Source of the DNA: Lepidodermella squamata
Lineage: Eukaryota > Animalia > Gastrotricha
Assembly: GCA_047495785.1 (NCBI GenBank)
Contig: JBLDXI010000031.1
Span: forward strand, 1,178,001-1,242,000
Direction of reading: 5' to 3'
Length of the DNA: 64,000 nt
A program made the translations under genes and the position numbers. Positions 1 to 13,800 of the stretch are shown here, piece after piece. The number at the start of each line of letters is the position of its first letter. Within the stretch, counting starts at the first letter, position 1. A model generated the notes under the pieces. That model saw only the letters and a program-made list of their open reading frames with translations, ran no database searches and had not been told where the DNA came from.

Positions 1-22
1 TTCACTATTTTTTGTTCTGCAG

Positions 23-890
23 ACCAAAGTGAAGCGATTGATGCAGGCTGACAAAGAAGTTGGCAAAATGGTGGCCGAAGTGCCGATTTTGATGGCGTGT
101 GCCGTTGAAATGCTGCTTGCCGACATTCTGAAGGCGGCTAATTCTATTCGGTTGCAAGGCACAACAAAACTTCTCACTGCCGCCCATTTGTAAGTTCCGT
201 AGCCAAAAAATATTTAATTTTCGATTTTTGATCATTATTTTTCCATTGGTACGAAGACTTTATTATGAATCCCAGATTTTTAGCTGTCAGATTTCATTTT
301 TGAAAAGTTATACATAGCCGATTTAAACTTGGAGGATTAGAGATACCTTCTTAAGATCTTTTGATAACTCATCATTTTCTCTGTTTTGTGGGTTGATTTA
401 AAAATCCTTACCATCATGATTCTAAGCTAACGAGCTCAATTTTTCAAGTTTTACGCAAGGTTTAAATTCTATTTACGAATTTTCGTTTAGAGAGCAAATA
501 ATGAACCAAAATCCAGAATACGTCGCAGTTCGACCTCCGCTGAACAGCAACTCAATCCCCCTGCACCCGCACGAATTCATCGCGAAATACAGCAAGCAGT
601 CGTACGCGAATATGCTTCAGCAGCAACAACAGCAGAAACAGCCCGGTTTCGACCCCGCCCTCGGCCACATGCAACAGGTCGCCTACGGCCAGGTCGGCAC
701 AACCAACCCGATGATAGCCGGAACGACGACGCACATGACGCTGCCGGGCGTGGGCGGTCCTCTCGGCCAGCTGGGCCTGGCGCGAGGAGGCATGGTCAAC
801 ATGATGAATATGAGTAACAGCAATGACGATGAGGACGACGAGGGCGCGTCGGATGACGACCAGGACACGGACGATGATGATGCGGCGTGA
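23..890 (+). CDS. DRAP1: Dr1-associated corepressor (NC2-alpha)-like histone-fold protein, 5' part outside window; exons 23-189, 491-890
   Basis: The spliced translation TKVKRLMQADKEVGKMVAEVPILMACAVEMLLADILKAAN...LTAAHL/EQIMNQ resembles the NC2-alpha histone fold ([23 protein letters not shown]...MTTSHL). Splice sites are ctgcag, gtaagt and tttag. The tail is Q-rich then acidic. Confidence 0.75.
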
Positions 891-1585
891 TTGCTCAATT
901 TTTTCTGTCTTATTGCGGCTTTCACATCTTTCAAGCAAGCGCTGCTACGTGTTGTAAATATGTATGATAAATATAATATTACTATCATTACTAATATTAT
1001 GAATTACTTATACCTACGCGTTTGTTTGTTGTTTCTACTTGTTCGTTCGAAAACGAGAGCATTCTGCAAGACTGGGATTTTTTCGAAAAATCCGGATAAT
1101 TATGGGAGATTAATTTATTTTTAGTATAATTTCAAGCTTTAGGCTTAGAGTTTTTCCAAACCTTCTGATTTTCGAAAAATTTAAATAATTAGAAAAAATT
1201 CCTTTGTTTTTAGGAGAAGTTTCTCCTCAAATCCTCTCGTTGTATTAAAAATCCTTGAAATACGAGGATTTCTTTACGATTTTTATTTGATATTCCGTAA
1301 TTTTTCAAAAATGAATTCGGTAAAAATTCATTTTCCGGTTGAAAAATCCAAAAGTTTATAGTGGAATGCTCTCGTATGACGCATCATACCGATAATATTA
1401 TATAATTACCAAGAGCTCTTACCAATATAAAACTACATACTTGAATGCTAAACAATACTGTGACGTCTGATACCACAAGTTATGTCTCGTTTTTTCGTTT
1501 TTTTCAACGGATTTTGCCTATTAAATGAGAGAAAAATTACCGTAATTTCTTCTTATTTATTTTATAGATTTTTTGTTGTTAAAAA

Positions 1586-4500
1586 ATGGCTTCCTCTTCC
1601 CGTCCACGGCTCGGCGCAGGGTTGGCCAAAAACGACAATCGAGCCGTTTTGGACGAATATCAGCAGTGGCAAGAAGAGAAACGGAAGCAGAAGGAACTGC
1701 TGAAGGTGTCTGAATCTATCGAAGAAAAACGCGCCCGTCGACTGGCGAAAAAGGAGGCGAAAGAGCGCAAACGCCTCAAAGAAATGGGCTGGGACGAGGA
1801 GTACATGGGCTACTCGAATTTTGACAACCCCTTCAACGATCAGCAACTTCTAAAGCCGTTTATGTGGCAGAAGAAGAATGAAAAGTTGAAGACTGAAAAG
1901 CAGTTGCGGGATGAAGAAATCGAGCGGAAACGCACGGAAGATCTTGAGAAGCATCGGCACGAACTCGAGCGGGTGAAGCAGCGTCGCCTCGACTGGGAAA
2001 GGCAGCGCGAGGAGTTGGATCGTGAGAAGGAGTCGATTCAGCGGCAGAAGGAGAGCGAGTTCTATCGAGAATGGGAACGGCAGGAGGATTTGTTTCATCT
2101 CCAACAGGCGAAATTGCGGTCTGATATTCGAATTAAGGACCAGCGGGCGAAGCCGATTGATTTTTTGGCCAAATATATCGGGGCTGAGGACGATGACTCG
2201 GCTGTTGAGTTGCATGAGCCGTATTTGTACCTGAATGGGCTGGGCATTGAAGATCTGGACGATTTGTTGGAGGATATTAAGACGTATACGGAGTTGGAGG
2301 AGGGCAAAAATGCCGACTATTGGCGCGATATTACGATTGTGGTCAAGGAGGAGCTGCGGAAACTCAGAAAAATCGACCCTAGAACAAAAGGTAAATTTCT
2401 CAAAAATTTTCATTTTCCAAAAGATATTCATAATTGTAGTAGAGCCCAGGGTATCAATATTGTATGCGCGTAACTCGGCTCTCCAGTATAATTTTGAAAT
2501 TCACAGTCTGAAAATATTTCACAAGTGAAAGATGAATAGGGCGTAAAGTTCGCTTCGGTTCCTTGGTCAACCATTTTCGGCTTTGCTGGTTGACAAAATA
2601 TTCAATAGCCTCTGTGATCCGAGTGAAAGAGCGCCTGGAGTTGCCTGCGTAACTGGTCTCATAGAAACTGATGTTACTTTAATTGGTCTACAATTGTATC
2701 AACACTTGTGTTGAGTTGTGACGGGACATTTGCTGAACCTGGATTCAGAGATAATCCAGCAGCAGACGCTGAGCGCTGCCCAGCAGGGCCGACAGGAGTT
2801 ATGTTGAGTTTCGGATAAGGAACACCCGGCGCAGATAATAGGGGAGAAATCGGCGTTGTATTGTTGCCATTTCGAGATGAACCGACAGCGGCCAGCGTAG
2901 CTGATAGCGAGCTGGTTTACAAACTCACTTAGCGGTAAAGCCGGGGCAGGGGCTATTCCCGCCAGATCAATTTTGTTTAAAAAAATGAATTTTTTTATTT
3001 TATTTCCGATTTGAAATAAAAAATGAAAATTCATATTAAATATTTTCAAGCGCTCAAGGCTAACAAAAGTTGCCCAAGATACGAGCGCATTTAATATTCA
3101 ATAATATCTAAATTAGATCAGCAAAATACATATCAATAAATTACATCATAACATTTGAAGTGTTCTTCCATACATATTGGTCCGAATAAATGGTGCCTTG
3201 AGCAAACTTCTTCTTTCGCACCTCGCAGCTGAAACAAACCAAGACACGGTTTATTTCTTCATCACTCAACGTCCAAACATCATCTTATTCTTTGATTCGC
3301 TTTGACCCGCCAGAGATGCACATTGTACCCTGTGTCTTCGATGTCTATGATTCCGAACGGTGCTTCATTTTTAACCTTGAGAATACCGCCTTGACGAGCG
3401 CGGTCGCGAGCGTTAGCAGCCATTAGCAGTTGCCCGTTGAGGTTGTGGCTTGAGCTGCAAATCGACAGACATTTCAAGGAAAAATCGTCCTCAGCCGTCT
3501 TCACGGCTGATGAAATGACAGCGGAAGCAAAGGCACGATCGTCGACTGGTTCGTCGCCTTGCGGACCTAGCAGGTCTCACAGTCTGGGCAGTACCGCCGC
3601 ACCGCGCTGTAGCAGCCCGGGAACCAGCAATAGTCCCGTATCCTCTCCAACGTCTTGAACCGACCAGACGAGGAGCGAAGCGGATCACCTGCGGCTCGTG
3701 GACAGCGGAAAGAATGAGGCAAAGCCGAGGGAAGAGCCGGTCCTCTACCGACATGTAGAACACGCCGGCTTCGTCTTTCGAGACTGCGTTGCGATTACGC
3801 AAGAGACAGGCTGATCTCGTATTAGAAGGAACAGAAGGAGAAACTAAGGATTCAAACAAATTGTCGCAGGTGAAAGAACGTGAATCAAGCAAACATGAAA
3901 CAGTTTCAGAAGCAGCAACTGCTGAATTTTTAGCGATGTTCGGAGCTGCTGAATGAGATTCAGTGACGAAACCAGAACTGCGGCCGATTTATTGGCAATT
4001 TAGTATTCGGGTATTAATAACGACTGAACGATTTTTGCGTAAAATATATATTAGATCGGCACTTTGAAAATCTGTATCTGGTAGAATAATGGAAAAAGTT
4101 GACTCGTATTGAAGCATCGCATAGGCGAATCAAACTCTGTTATCAGCATCGAAGAGTTCGATTTCTGGTGTATCCAACAGCAAAAATCTGAAATACTGAA
4201 ATCGGCCATTTTTCTACCATTTCGGATGTTGAGGAAATAAGGCACTTGAATGTCCAAATACACCAAAATTGCCTAAATTTTAAATTTAATTTTATGTTTT
4301 TTTTTCTTAGATATAACTGGCGATCGTCGTGAGTCGATCAATAAGGCCGTTGCGACTGATGTTTCGAAAATCTTCGAGGGCAAATCACTCGCGCAGTTGC
4401 AGCTGCTCGAGCAGCAGGTGAAGACGAAGCTGGCGGCTGGTGGCGACGTGGACGTCGGCTATTGGGAGAGTCTGCTCGACCAACTCGGCGCCCACATGGC

Positions 4501-5875
4501 CAGGCAGCGGCTGCGCGAACGCCACGAACAAGTGCTGCGGACGAAGTTGGTGAAACTGAAGCAGGAACAGGGCATTTCGGAGCCGCTGTTTCCATCCGCG
4601 TCTGCATCGAAGGCTGCTACAGCGCCTAGCAAAGCAAAACCTACCTCGTCTTCAGCATCAGGTAATTTTTGCGAATTTGGAATTTCTGAAATTTGCTCGA
4701 AATTAAGGCGAAAAATAATATTGCGATCTTTCGAATTGATTTTCGAAATTTATGGATTTTTTCTACCTCGGGTTTTTGAAAAAGAAGTATTTCCTTTTCG
4801 GTTAACTTTTGAAATCGAATGGAAATTGCAAAATAATGTCTTTTTTCTTGAATTTTTATGATTTTGCAAATTTCCAATTTTATTCTGAATTTTTACACCC
4901 TTTATTTTGTGCCTTACTAATAATTTTTCGTGTTTTTCAGCCGATAAGCCAACTGTGAGTAAACCGAAAAAAAGCTCATCGAGCTCGGCCTCATCGTCAT
5001 CATCAAGCTCGTCATCCTCCGGCTCGAGTTCATCCGACTCGAGCTCGTGCTCCTCATCCTCAGAAGACGAGGCCGATGATAAAACCAAGCCGTCAAAATC
5101 CACCGAAAAATCCGACGAGAAGGCCAAAGCAGCCATGGCGCCGCCCGCTCGGCCCGACCCCAGCCAACCATCGACGAGTTCGAAATCGGCGCCGGAAGAA
5201 AACGAGGAAGAGCTGGAAGCCCGGCGGTGGGCCTCGTGGGACCCGTTCGCCGCCTACCAAGCCGGGCGATACTCGCCGAAACTGCTCGACGCCGCCTCGC
5301 TGGCGATCGACGACGTGGTCGAAGACCCGGAGATGGACCTCAAAAAACTGCAGTACCAGCGCGATTTGGTCGCGAACCAGGGCAAGGACGTGAAAATGGG
5401 CCGGGACGACGAGTTCGAGCGGAAGGCGCGCGAGGGCATGAACGACGACGAGGTGCAGTTTTCGGTTGAAATCCCGTTGGAACAACAACGTTTCTTATGG
5501 TCTGACAAGTACAAACCGCGAAAGCCGCGATTCTTCAACCGTGTCCACACCGGCTGGGAGTGGAATAAGTACAACCAGACGCATTACGATATTGACAACC
5601 CGCCGCCGAAGGTTGTTCAGGGCTATAAATTTTCGATTTTCTACCCGGATTTGATTGATAAGTCGCGCTCGCCCGAGTACACGATCACGCCGTGCCGCGA
5701 CGACCCCGACTACTGCATTTTGCGGTTCAAGGCCGGCGCGCCCTACGAGGACATTGCGTTCAAGCTGGTCAACCGCGAGTGGGACACGTCGCATCGGCAC
5801 GGCTTCCGGTGCCAGTTCAACAACGGCATTTTCCAGCTGTGGTTCCACTTCAAGAAGTTCCGCTATCGCCGTTGA
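1586..5875 (+). CDS. CACTIN: Cactin (spliceosome C complex protein); exons 1586-2390, 4311-4661, 4941-5875
   Basis: The mid domain reads EYMGYSNFDNPFND...EDLFHLQQAKLRSDIRIKDQRAKPID. The C-terminal domain reads WSDKYKPRKPRFFNRVHTGWEWNKYNQTHYD...FQLWFHFKKFRYRR. GT-AG junctions keep the frame. Confidence 0.95.
3130..3500 (-). pseudogene. Decayed Crypton/DUF3504 (tyrosine-recombinase transposon)-like fragment in cactin intron 1
   Basis: Minus-strand pieces EDTGYNVHLW and (frameshifted) DVWTLSDEEINRVLVCFSCEVRK..FAQGTIYS resemble the CryptonA/ZMYM-type motifs 'DTxYxVxxW' and 'ELNxxLxxFxxEVRKxDGxxYxPxTLY'. Stops and frameshifts are present. Confidence 0.45.
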
Positions 5876-6686
5876 TACTAGATACCCTGCTGCTGCTGCT
5901 TTCATTCAATCTTTTTTGTTCTCTGTCTGTGACGTTTTTATTCGAGAAAAATAAAAATTCTTTAAAATAAAAGCAAAAAAAATAATTTGAAATTTTCACG
6001 CGTTTTTTGTTATTATTTTGAGGTATTCAGAATTCTGAGAGCCGAGGATGTGCTTTATTTTACCTGCATGATTTTTTATTGGAAATATAACCGAATTTAC
6101 GGGGAAAACAGCTTAGAAAGGCAAGAAAATGAGCTGAGTATAAACGCCCTATAGGAAATCAGTGCTGAGTTTCGGTTTTTCGAGTTCTACGTCTCGATTT
6201 CAAACCTCAACTGTGGTCGTAAATCGATTCTGATGTCGATTTTACAATTCTCGCAAAATTTTGCGATTTTTCAGACTTGATCAACATGGTTTTTTGCGAT
6301 ACGAAAAATTCTCGACGGCTGCAATCACTATAAGATTTCCGGAAAACAAAAAGCAAATTTTTGCAGTAAATCGATTCGCGTTTTTCGCGGTGAGAATCCT
6401 AATCTCTAATGTTCATCAGCTCGATTTTTCACGCGATATCGTTTAGCTTTTTATCGCTTTATGGCAAAACTATGCGATACCGCCGCGCTTCGCTTTGATG
6501 GTCGGCACCTGTCTTGATCGGATTTTACAACCCAAACGAAACCGCCTATAAGCCGAAACACTCTTAGCCGGGTGCCTGAAATGTGGCAGCGAGTTCGGTG
6601 CGGATCTCAGTATTTTTATTTTCACTTCTCTCATTTTGTGATTTCCATCATAACATTTCGGCTTCGTCGCGCCTTGATCTCCTGCA

Positions 6687-7006
6687 ATGTGCCAAACTGA
6701 TGACTCGAACAGCACCGATGACTCTCAACCCGTGACTGAACATCTTCAAGTAGTGGTCGTCGACGGCGGTAAATATTTACTAATCACTCGAAATGACTTT
6801 CATTTTCTCAATAATTTTAGGAGTAACAATATACCATATGATAATCAACCCAGCCTGTCTAGCCCCACAGCCGTCAGGTAAACCTCATTTTTGAAGTTTT
6901 CAGAAAAATAATCGAATCTTTAAACGAAGGTGGCCAGTGGGTTTACGCTCCTGACCCGGAAAAGGTAGCGATTACGGAGCAACTGGTGAAAATGCTTGAG
7001 AAATAA
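6687..7006 (+). CDS. Possible small orphan protein (~71 aa); exons 6687-6768, 6821-6877, 6930-7006
   Basis: Two 52-nt phase-1 GT-AG introns preserve an open frame: MCQTDDSNSTDDSQPVTEHLQVVVVDGGVTIYHMIINPACLAPQPSGGQWVYAPDPEKVAITEQLVKMLEK*. The second acceptor (AAG) is weak and no homology was recognised. Confidence 0.3.
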
Positions 7007-7619
7007 CACAAAATCGATGAACACGATAGCCTGTAACTGCTCATTTCAGCCACTTCTATACATCCTACTATATTCTATCTTACTATTTATACTGCCGCAT
7101 TGAGGGCACACTTAAAACTAATAAAATTACAGATAATCAAAATGTTTGACTTTTTTGTCATAATTTGATCGATTTTCGAATGACAGATGATTTGTGTGGA
7201 AAAACCGCGCGAAAATCTTGATACGGAATGACGGTTATATATGACCGCAGGGTCAAGGGCAGTGCGTGTGTGAGCGCGCGCGCACTCGCCGCTGAAAACG
7301 TTTGTGTCACCCCGTGATTGCGCACCGATTTTTTGCGCGCGCACATTCTTTTCACGAAAATTATGAAAAAATCAGATTCTCAGATATTCAAGCTTCATTT
7401 CTATATAAAATTTAACGAGGAATTCCTAAGAAAATTCTGAATTTTTCGAGCTCAAAATGACGTTAAATATGAGTGAAAACATTTATTCGCCTTAGGACTG
7501 TATTATCATTACGAATATTTGTCACTTGCTTCTGAAAATTACATCTTTCGATTGGAAATTTATCAGGCTATACGATGGAAAAGAGAAAACTTAAAAATTC
7601 GATATTTAATGCGGATTTT

Positions 7620-7760
7620 TTTAGCGCGCGGTGATGAGGTATCGCACAGTTTGCGCGAGATCGGCTTATCGCACGCGCGCACACGCACACTATTTGAGCG
7701 CTACGGCGAGGTCCGTCGCGCGCACTATAAAACTAACGAGCGAGCTAACGGCGCGCCTAG
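7620..7760 (+). promoter_or_regulatory. Histone H1 promoter: GCGCGC-rich elements plus TATA box (TATAAAA 7726-7732)
   Basis: TATAAAA lies about 85 nt upstream of the H1 ATG, preceded by CpG-rich GCGCGCAC repeats in an otherwise AT-rich spacer. Confidence 0.55.
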
Positions 7761-7811
7761 TAATAAGCATAATTGCACTCTTTTCGACTCATCTTTTCAC
7801 GAAGCATCATC

Positions 7812-8657
7812 ATGTCTGAGGCTCAAGCTACTGCTGCACCTGTTGCCGCCGCGCCGGCCGCCGCTGCGCCCAAGGCGAAGAAGGCATCGACCAAGCCGCG
7901 CAAGCCCAAGGCGCCCGCTGCGCACCCGAAATACGCCGAGATGATCGTTGCGGCTATCAAGGCGTTGAAAGAACGCGGAGGCTCGTCGCGCCAGGCTATC
8001 GCTAAGTACATCATGGCTCACTACAACGTTGGCAAGGACGTCAAGATCGTCAACGCTCATCTCCGCCTCGCTCTCAAGCGCATGGTTGTCGCTCAATCGC
8101 TCAAACAGGTAATCATTATTTTTGATCCATCATTGATTCAAAAATTGATCTCACTGTACAAAACAATACAACCTTTCGTAAAATTTGATACAAAACTGAT
8201 CCACTGCAAAATTTTGAATCATATTTGATCTATTCAACTTAAAAATTGATTTCATGTTGATCCGCCTTGATGACATTTTCTTTTTATTTTCTAGTCCAAG
8301 GGCAAGGGCGCCGCTGGTTCGTTCCGCGTTGGTGAGAAGCCGGTCGTTGCGAAGAAGCCCAAGGTGAAGAAGGCGAAGAAGGTCAAGAAGGCCGCCAAGC
8401 CGAAAAAGGCGACTACTACTGCGAAGAAAACCGGCGCTAAGAAGACCGTCAAGAAGGCCGCGACCGGCGAGAAGAAGGTGAAGAAGGCCGCTGCTGCGAA
8501 GAAGCCAAAGGCTGAGGGCGCCGCTGTTAAGAAAGCCGCCGCCCCGAAGAAGGCCAAGGCCGCTGCGAAGCCGAAAACCGCCAAGCCCAAGGCTGCGAAG
8601 ACCGCCAAGCCGAAAGCCGCGAAGAAGGCTGCCGCGCCCGCCCCGGTGAAGGCGTAA
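7812..8657 (+). CDS. H1: Linker histone H1; exons 7812-8108, 8295-8657
   Basis: The globular domain HPKYAEMIVAAIKALKERGGSSRQAIAKYI...LKQ/SKGKGAAGSFRV is joined by a 186-nt GT-AG intron and followed by a K/A/P-rich tail. AATAAA is at 8787-8792. Confidence 0.95.
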
Positions 8658-10835
8658 TTAATCGCATTCAAATCTCACCCTGCGTATTAACCGTGTTTTC
8701 TAATCATCATCCGCTTTTTGTAACTTATCGACGACTGTTTTGTACTTGACAATGGCCGCTCTTTTTACCGGCCAATTTTTTTCCGAAATAAACCCAGTGT
8801 CATTTCGCAACTATTTTCGCGCCTTTTTGTCTATATACTCGTGGGTGTTTACAGGGTTGCGCAACCAGCCAGACAGTTGCGTGCGTGTTAATTGAACGTT
8901 ATTATTTGGCGCCCACCATGTGGGTGGCTTGAGGCGGTTTTTAATTTCACCCCAGCACGCGGCTGACAGGTAGGTTAACGGACAACACGAGCACTCAAAG
9001 ATAATGCTACTATCAACGCGCGCGCCTCCGTGCGTACAGCAATTGGAAAGCACGAAGCGGGTGGAATATATGTATCTATAGGCGTCACGTGAATTTTAAT
9101 TGCTGTTTAGCCTATAACCGCGGCAATTACTGGGGTTAACAAATGAGTTTAGGTGAAGCGCATGTCTACTAATTATTTTCGGTAATAACAACAATAACAA
9201 TAGTTTTAATTAGCCTCTTGGTGGCTAATCGTCGGTACCGTTTCCGGTTTTGAAGAGAAGAGGGCAATTTTTGGTGAAAGTAAAAATAAAAGTGCATAAT
9301 AATCTTTCATCAAAACCGAAAAAATTCTAACTTGAGACGAAACGCAAAATACCAAGCGAAAATCTCATGACCTCAAAGTGCTCGGAAGCGGCTATGAGGC
9401 CTTGAACAGTAAAACCTCATGAAATTTCCGAGATTTTTGAAACACACTTTTTGCAAATTTAATATTCAAAATTCCGCTTCGCTAACGATTTTTCTGCCCA
9501 AATGCGTAAAATTGCCGTATAGTCACCCATTTTTCATGGAAAAACGGTGAAATTGTGCATTTTCTAACCGTCAAGCGAGCGGTTTCTTTCAAGTGAAAAA
9601 GACAGGTCATAAAATCTGTATTTGTTTATTTTTCTCAAAAAATGATTCCAACTCATAATAATAATATATAACATCATCATAAATATTTTTTCCAATCATA
9701 ATTTTTTGTTGCGTTATAAGGTGAGAAAAGAAATCGACAAAAAACACGAACACATTTTTGACTCCAGGTCAATAATAATACATAAACTAAGAGAATTTCC
9801 GGTGGATAGTACACACCGACTACACAACTGGCCTAATTTTGCGTCACAAGACAATAATTTTTCAAATTTCATCTACCAATGAAAAAGCACCGAAACAAAA
9901 CACGAGTTAACTAATAGGTCCATGGAATAATAAATACATCGTTAATTTTTTTTCAAGATGTGATGATGATGATCAATGTAGAAGGCAAGTGATTAGTAAA
10001 AATCAGGTAAATATTGCTTGAAAAAATCGCACAACCAAGACATTTTTATTGTAATAAATTTCCATCAAGATTACTCGCGAAAAATTGTTTCCATGAGGAT
10101 TTAAACAATATAATAATTTTTCCTCATAAATAATAGAAAGTGAGATATTTGTGCGATTACCAAAAAAGAAGAGGAAAACTGTTATTACTCGAAAATTGCT
10201 TTCAAATATCACGAGACGCTATATAAATGATGGCGATATAACAAACCCGAAAAAATTCGGCTTGGTTCCGTAGTGACAAAATAATGATGAGATATAAACT
10301 GACATGGCCGCCGTAATTTTTTTACATACCTCTACGAGATATATTTTGGCACACTCCGAAACGCAGAAAAAAGGCCGTGAGTTTTGATCGCGCAAATGAT
10401 TAATTTTTCAGGAACTAGAAATAATCGTTATAGGTATTATAGACTCACTTAGTGTACATAATTTTTGATTCCGATCAACAAAAAATGTCGAGCATGATGA
10501 TTGATATCGAGTGGAATGATCGATTCAAGGTAAACGCGTGAGAAAGATGAACTGACGAGATGATGAAACGCAAAAATTTTCGCGGGAAAAATTTCAAAAA
10601 ATTAACTTACAATTTATAAAAAATGAGATTTGTCGAATATGGTAAAATAAATTCAATTTCAAATTTCAAATTTTCAAAATTTTAATCAAAAAATTTGAAA
10701 AATTGTGTTAATTTTTTCTCGCGAAAATTTCCAACGCTGTCGATACAAACAACGGAATGTGTCGTGTTAGAGACGGAGAAAATAATTAAAAAATCAAGAT
10801 CCGACTTAACAGGAAAAAAATCGCAAAAATCACTA

Positions 10836-13800
10836 CTACGCAACATCGATAATTCGCCACAATTGCGAAGTTCGCGCCGCTTCACACGCATCGACCGTCA
10901 ACGTAGCCGCGCCGTCTGTCCGATAGTGATCCGAATCGAGACACAGCGACGCATCGGCCAGCCGCAGCAGCGCATTTCTCGACGCGCTTTCGCCGTCGTC
11001 CAGCTGCGTTTTCGACAGGAGCCACTTTTGAAGGCGAGATTGCGCTACGCATCGCTGCAGAAAGACTTTATCGCCCGGCTTGGACCCGGTCGCGGCCAGG
11101 CACTGGTCGCCGACCCGGATGAGCCCGGTCGACGCGACGGCTAGCGTCCAGTCTTGAGACCCATCGTCTGAGCTGGATTCGAAGCATTTGTCCAGCCGCA
11201 ACTGGCCAGACCGCCAGTGGACACGCGATCGAGCGTCGGTTTTTGTCCCGTTTTTGCCGAGACTAGGCAGATACGCGTATAGGCACCGGCCGCTTTGTTC
11301 GATTTTGCCGTAGCGGTCGCCGCGAACTGCGTCCGAGGAGCCGCCCAGCTCGGGGTACACGTTGTCGATGTACCACTGGAAGCTGTGGCACTGCAGCTGG
11401 TTGCGCAGTTTGCGCCGGCTCGACACGTCGCCGAATGCGATGGAACGCGCCGAGGGCACTTCGCGGTAATACTGCTCGGAATAACGGTCCAGCCATACTT
11501 CAACCATGCGCCGAGTATTTCTGAGAAAAAATAAAGGGATAGTTTAGAAAAATTGGAATTCAAAGCAAATTTTTTTCGGAAAAATGATGTCATAAATTCG
11601 AAAAATGCTAGGCATACAACGACCCTTTATCTTGATGCTAGTAAACATTTTTTCATTTTTAAAATTTTTTATGAAAATAAAAACATGGAGAGAGAAGAAA
11701 AGGTCCACACTTTACCCGAAGTGAACTGAATTTAAAAATTTTAAAATTGTTTCGGGAATTTCAAGTAAATAAGTCAATAAAATAAGGCAAACGCTGCCGC
11801 AATTGTCTGTAAATAATCGTAATAATCGTAATTTTTCGAAAACATATTTTTCAACCTTTTAAAATCTAGTACAAACATTTTCCTTTTGATAAAGGGAAAT
11901 TTCAGAAATTTCAAAATTAAGCTAACCTACTCATTTTAACGCGGGTAAAATAAAATTTTCGCCTGAAAAAATATTCGCGATTAGAAATTGCTAAACGTCG
12001 CTGAGTTCAACGGACCAAATTTTAGCGGACCAGTGTTTCGGACTAGGTTGGAGGTGTGCCATAGGATTAGTCGATTCCCCCTGAAAAGTGCCATCCAATG
12101 ACCTACTATGCACACCTGAGCTAATTAGCCTCACGCATGCGGTTGCAAACATCCAAGTACTACAACTTGATTCGGTCCGCTAAATTGGGTCCGCCGAGTT
12201 CAACAAAGCCAGGGTTTTTGGAACTCAGCGGACCCTGGTTTAGCGGACCGCTCTGTTTAAAGCAACCCCCTATTAAGATGGAATGCCATTTTGGGTCATA
12301 ATTGATCTCATTAGATGCGCCACACCTTGCCGCACTTGGCACTCAAGTGGCACACTTCGATGGTATCCATGATTAGGATATAAGAGGTGATTAGTGTGGT
12401 CCGCCAAGAAATGGTCCGTTGAACTCAGCGATTTCGATTTTTCATTTTACGAAAAATTCGTTATTTATCGAAATTTTTAATTTTTTCTTACTAGTCATAC
12501 TATCATTTCTGTGCCTATATTGCTTCAATTTTAACATTTAGAAAAGTGATCATACTTGAGAAAAACTTCTGATTTTCCGCCCGGAAACGTGTAAGGGTGC
12601 TGCTTTCGAAAGACATGGCCGACGCGTGAACACGGTAGAATTTCCAGACTGCCGCCGCACATCCAGACGCGGAGGGACAACTCGAGATTCTCGCCGCCCC
12701 ACACGTCCATCTCGTCGTCGTAGGCGCCGATTTCGAAAAATCGCTGCTTATTGACAGAGAACAGCCCGCCGGCCATGACTGGCGTGCGAATCGGCTGTGT
12801 TTTGTCCTTGGAATGGCGCCGTTCTTCCTGCTCGTTGAGGTAGTCCCATTTGAAGACGAGCGACCACGAGAAACCGCCCTTGAGATTCGACGCGGCGACC
12901 GTATATTGGAAATTGTCCATATTTATCACATCTGAAATAAAAATTGGAAAATTTACATTTTTTCACAACAACAATTTAAAAATTTTTAATTCTATGATTA
13001 AAACCCCAGACAGTTCGGAATTATTAAACGAAAAATAAATATTCGAGTCGAAAGATAACATCCGAGTTGATAACACGCCTATTATATTTTACTTACAGTG
13101 TTATCATTTTTTAGTTTGGCATTCATACAATGCAGCGCTTGAGGCCACGAAATAACCAGCAGAATACTGAAAACTCAAAAAGAAGCTCAAAACGGTTAGC
13201 GAAAAGAAATTTTGAGGTAAGTACAATTTTTAGCCAGCTTTCAATTTTACATACAAAATTTCAATCTAGCCCAACAAAATATTTTCAAAAAAATCAGAAT
13301 AATTTTTATGCGAAAATTGAAATATTTGTAGATCCGTGACTTTATTTTCAAACTTGAGTCAATCACTGAAAATTATTAAATTAAATTTCAGACGAAATGT
13401 GAGTCCAATGCACTTGGTATAACCGCTCTTCACATAGCAGCCCATCTAGGCGATATCGATGTGTTCAAACACGCTCGGCTACTAGAAACCCCTTATTTCG
13501 AGGCAACGGACCAATATGGTAGGACGCATTTACACGTCGCTGCTGGTTCAGGCCACATCGACATTGTTCGAATGCTAATCGAGCAATTTAAAGCTGATAT
13601 CGAGGCGCTGGACGACCGCGGGTGGACGCCTCTGATGGCGGCGGCTTTCAAGGGACATCATGCGGTGGTTGAGTTGTTGATCAAACAATTCAAGGCACAA
13701 GTGAATGGTAGGAGCTATAGCGGTGAGACAGCGTTGGATGTGGCGAAGAGGGGCGAGTGCACGGAGGCGAAATTCAAGACAATTGATATCCTACGCGAAG

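Noticed and set aside
9200-9290. Sm-site-like AATTTTTGG (~9266) as part of an SL RNA or snRNA gene
   Set aside because: No recognisable snRNA sequence or leader/donor hairpin structure; the motif is common in AT-rich DNA.
552-11534. Many 60-190 aa ORFs antisense or out of frame to DRAP1, cactin, H1 and GALNT2 exons
   Set aside because: They are shadow ORFs caused by GC-rich codon usage of the real genes and carry no independent motifs.
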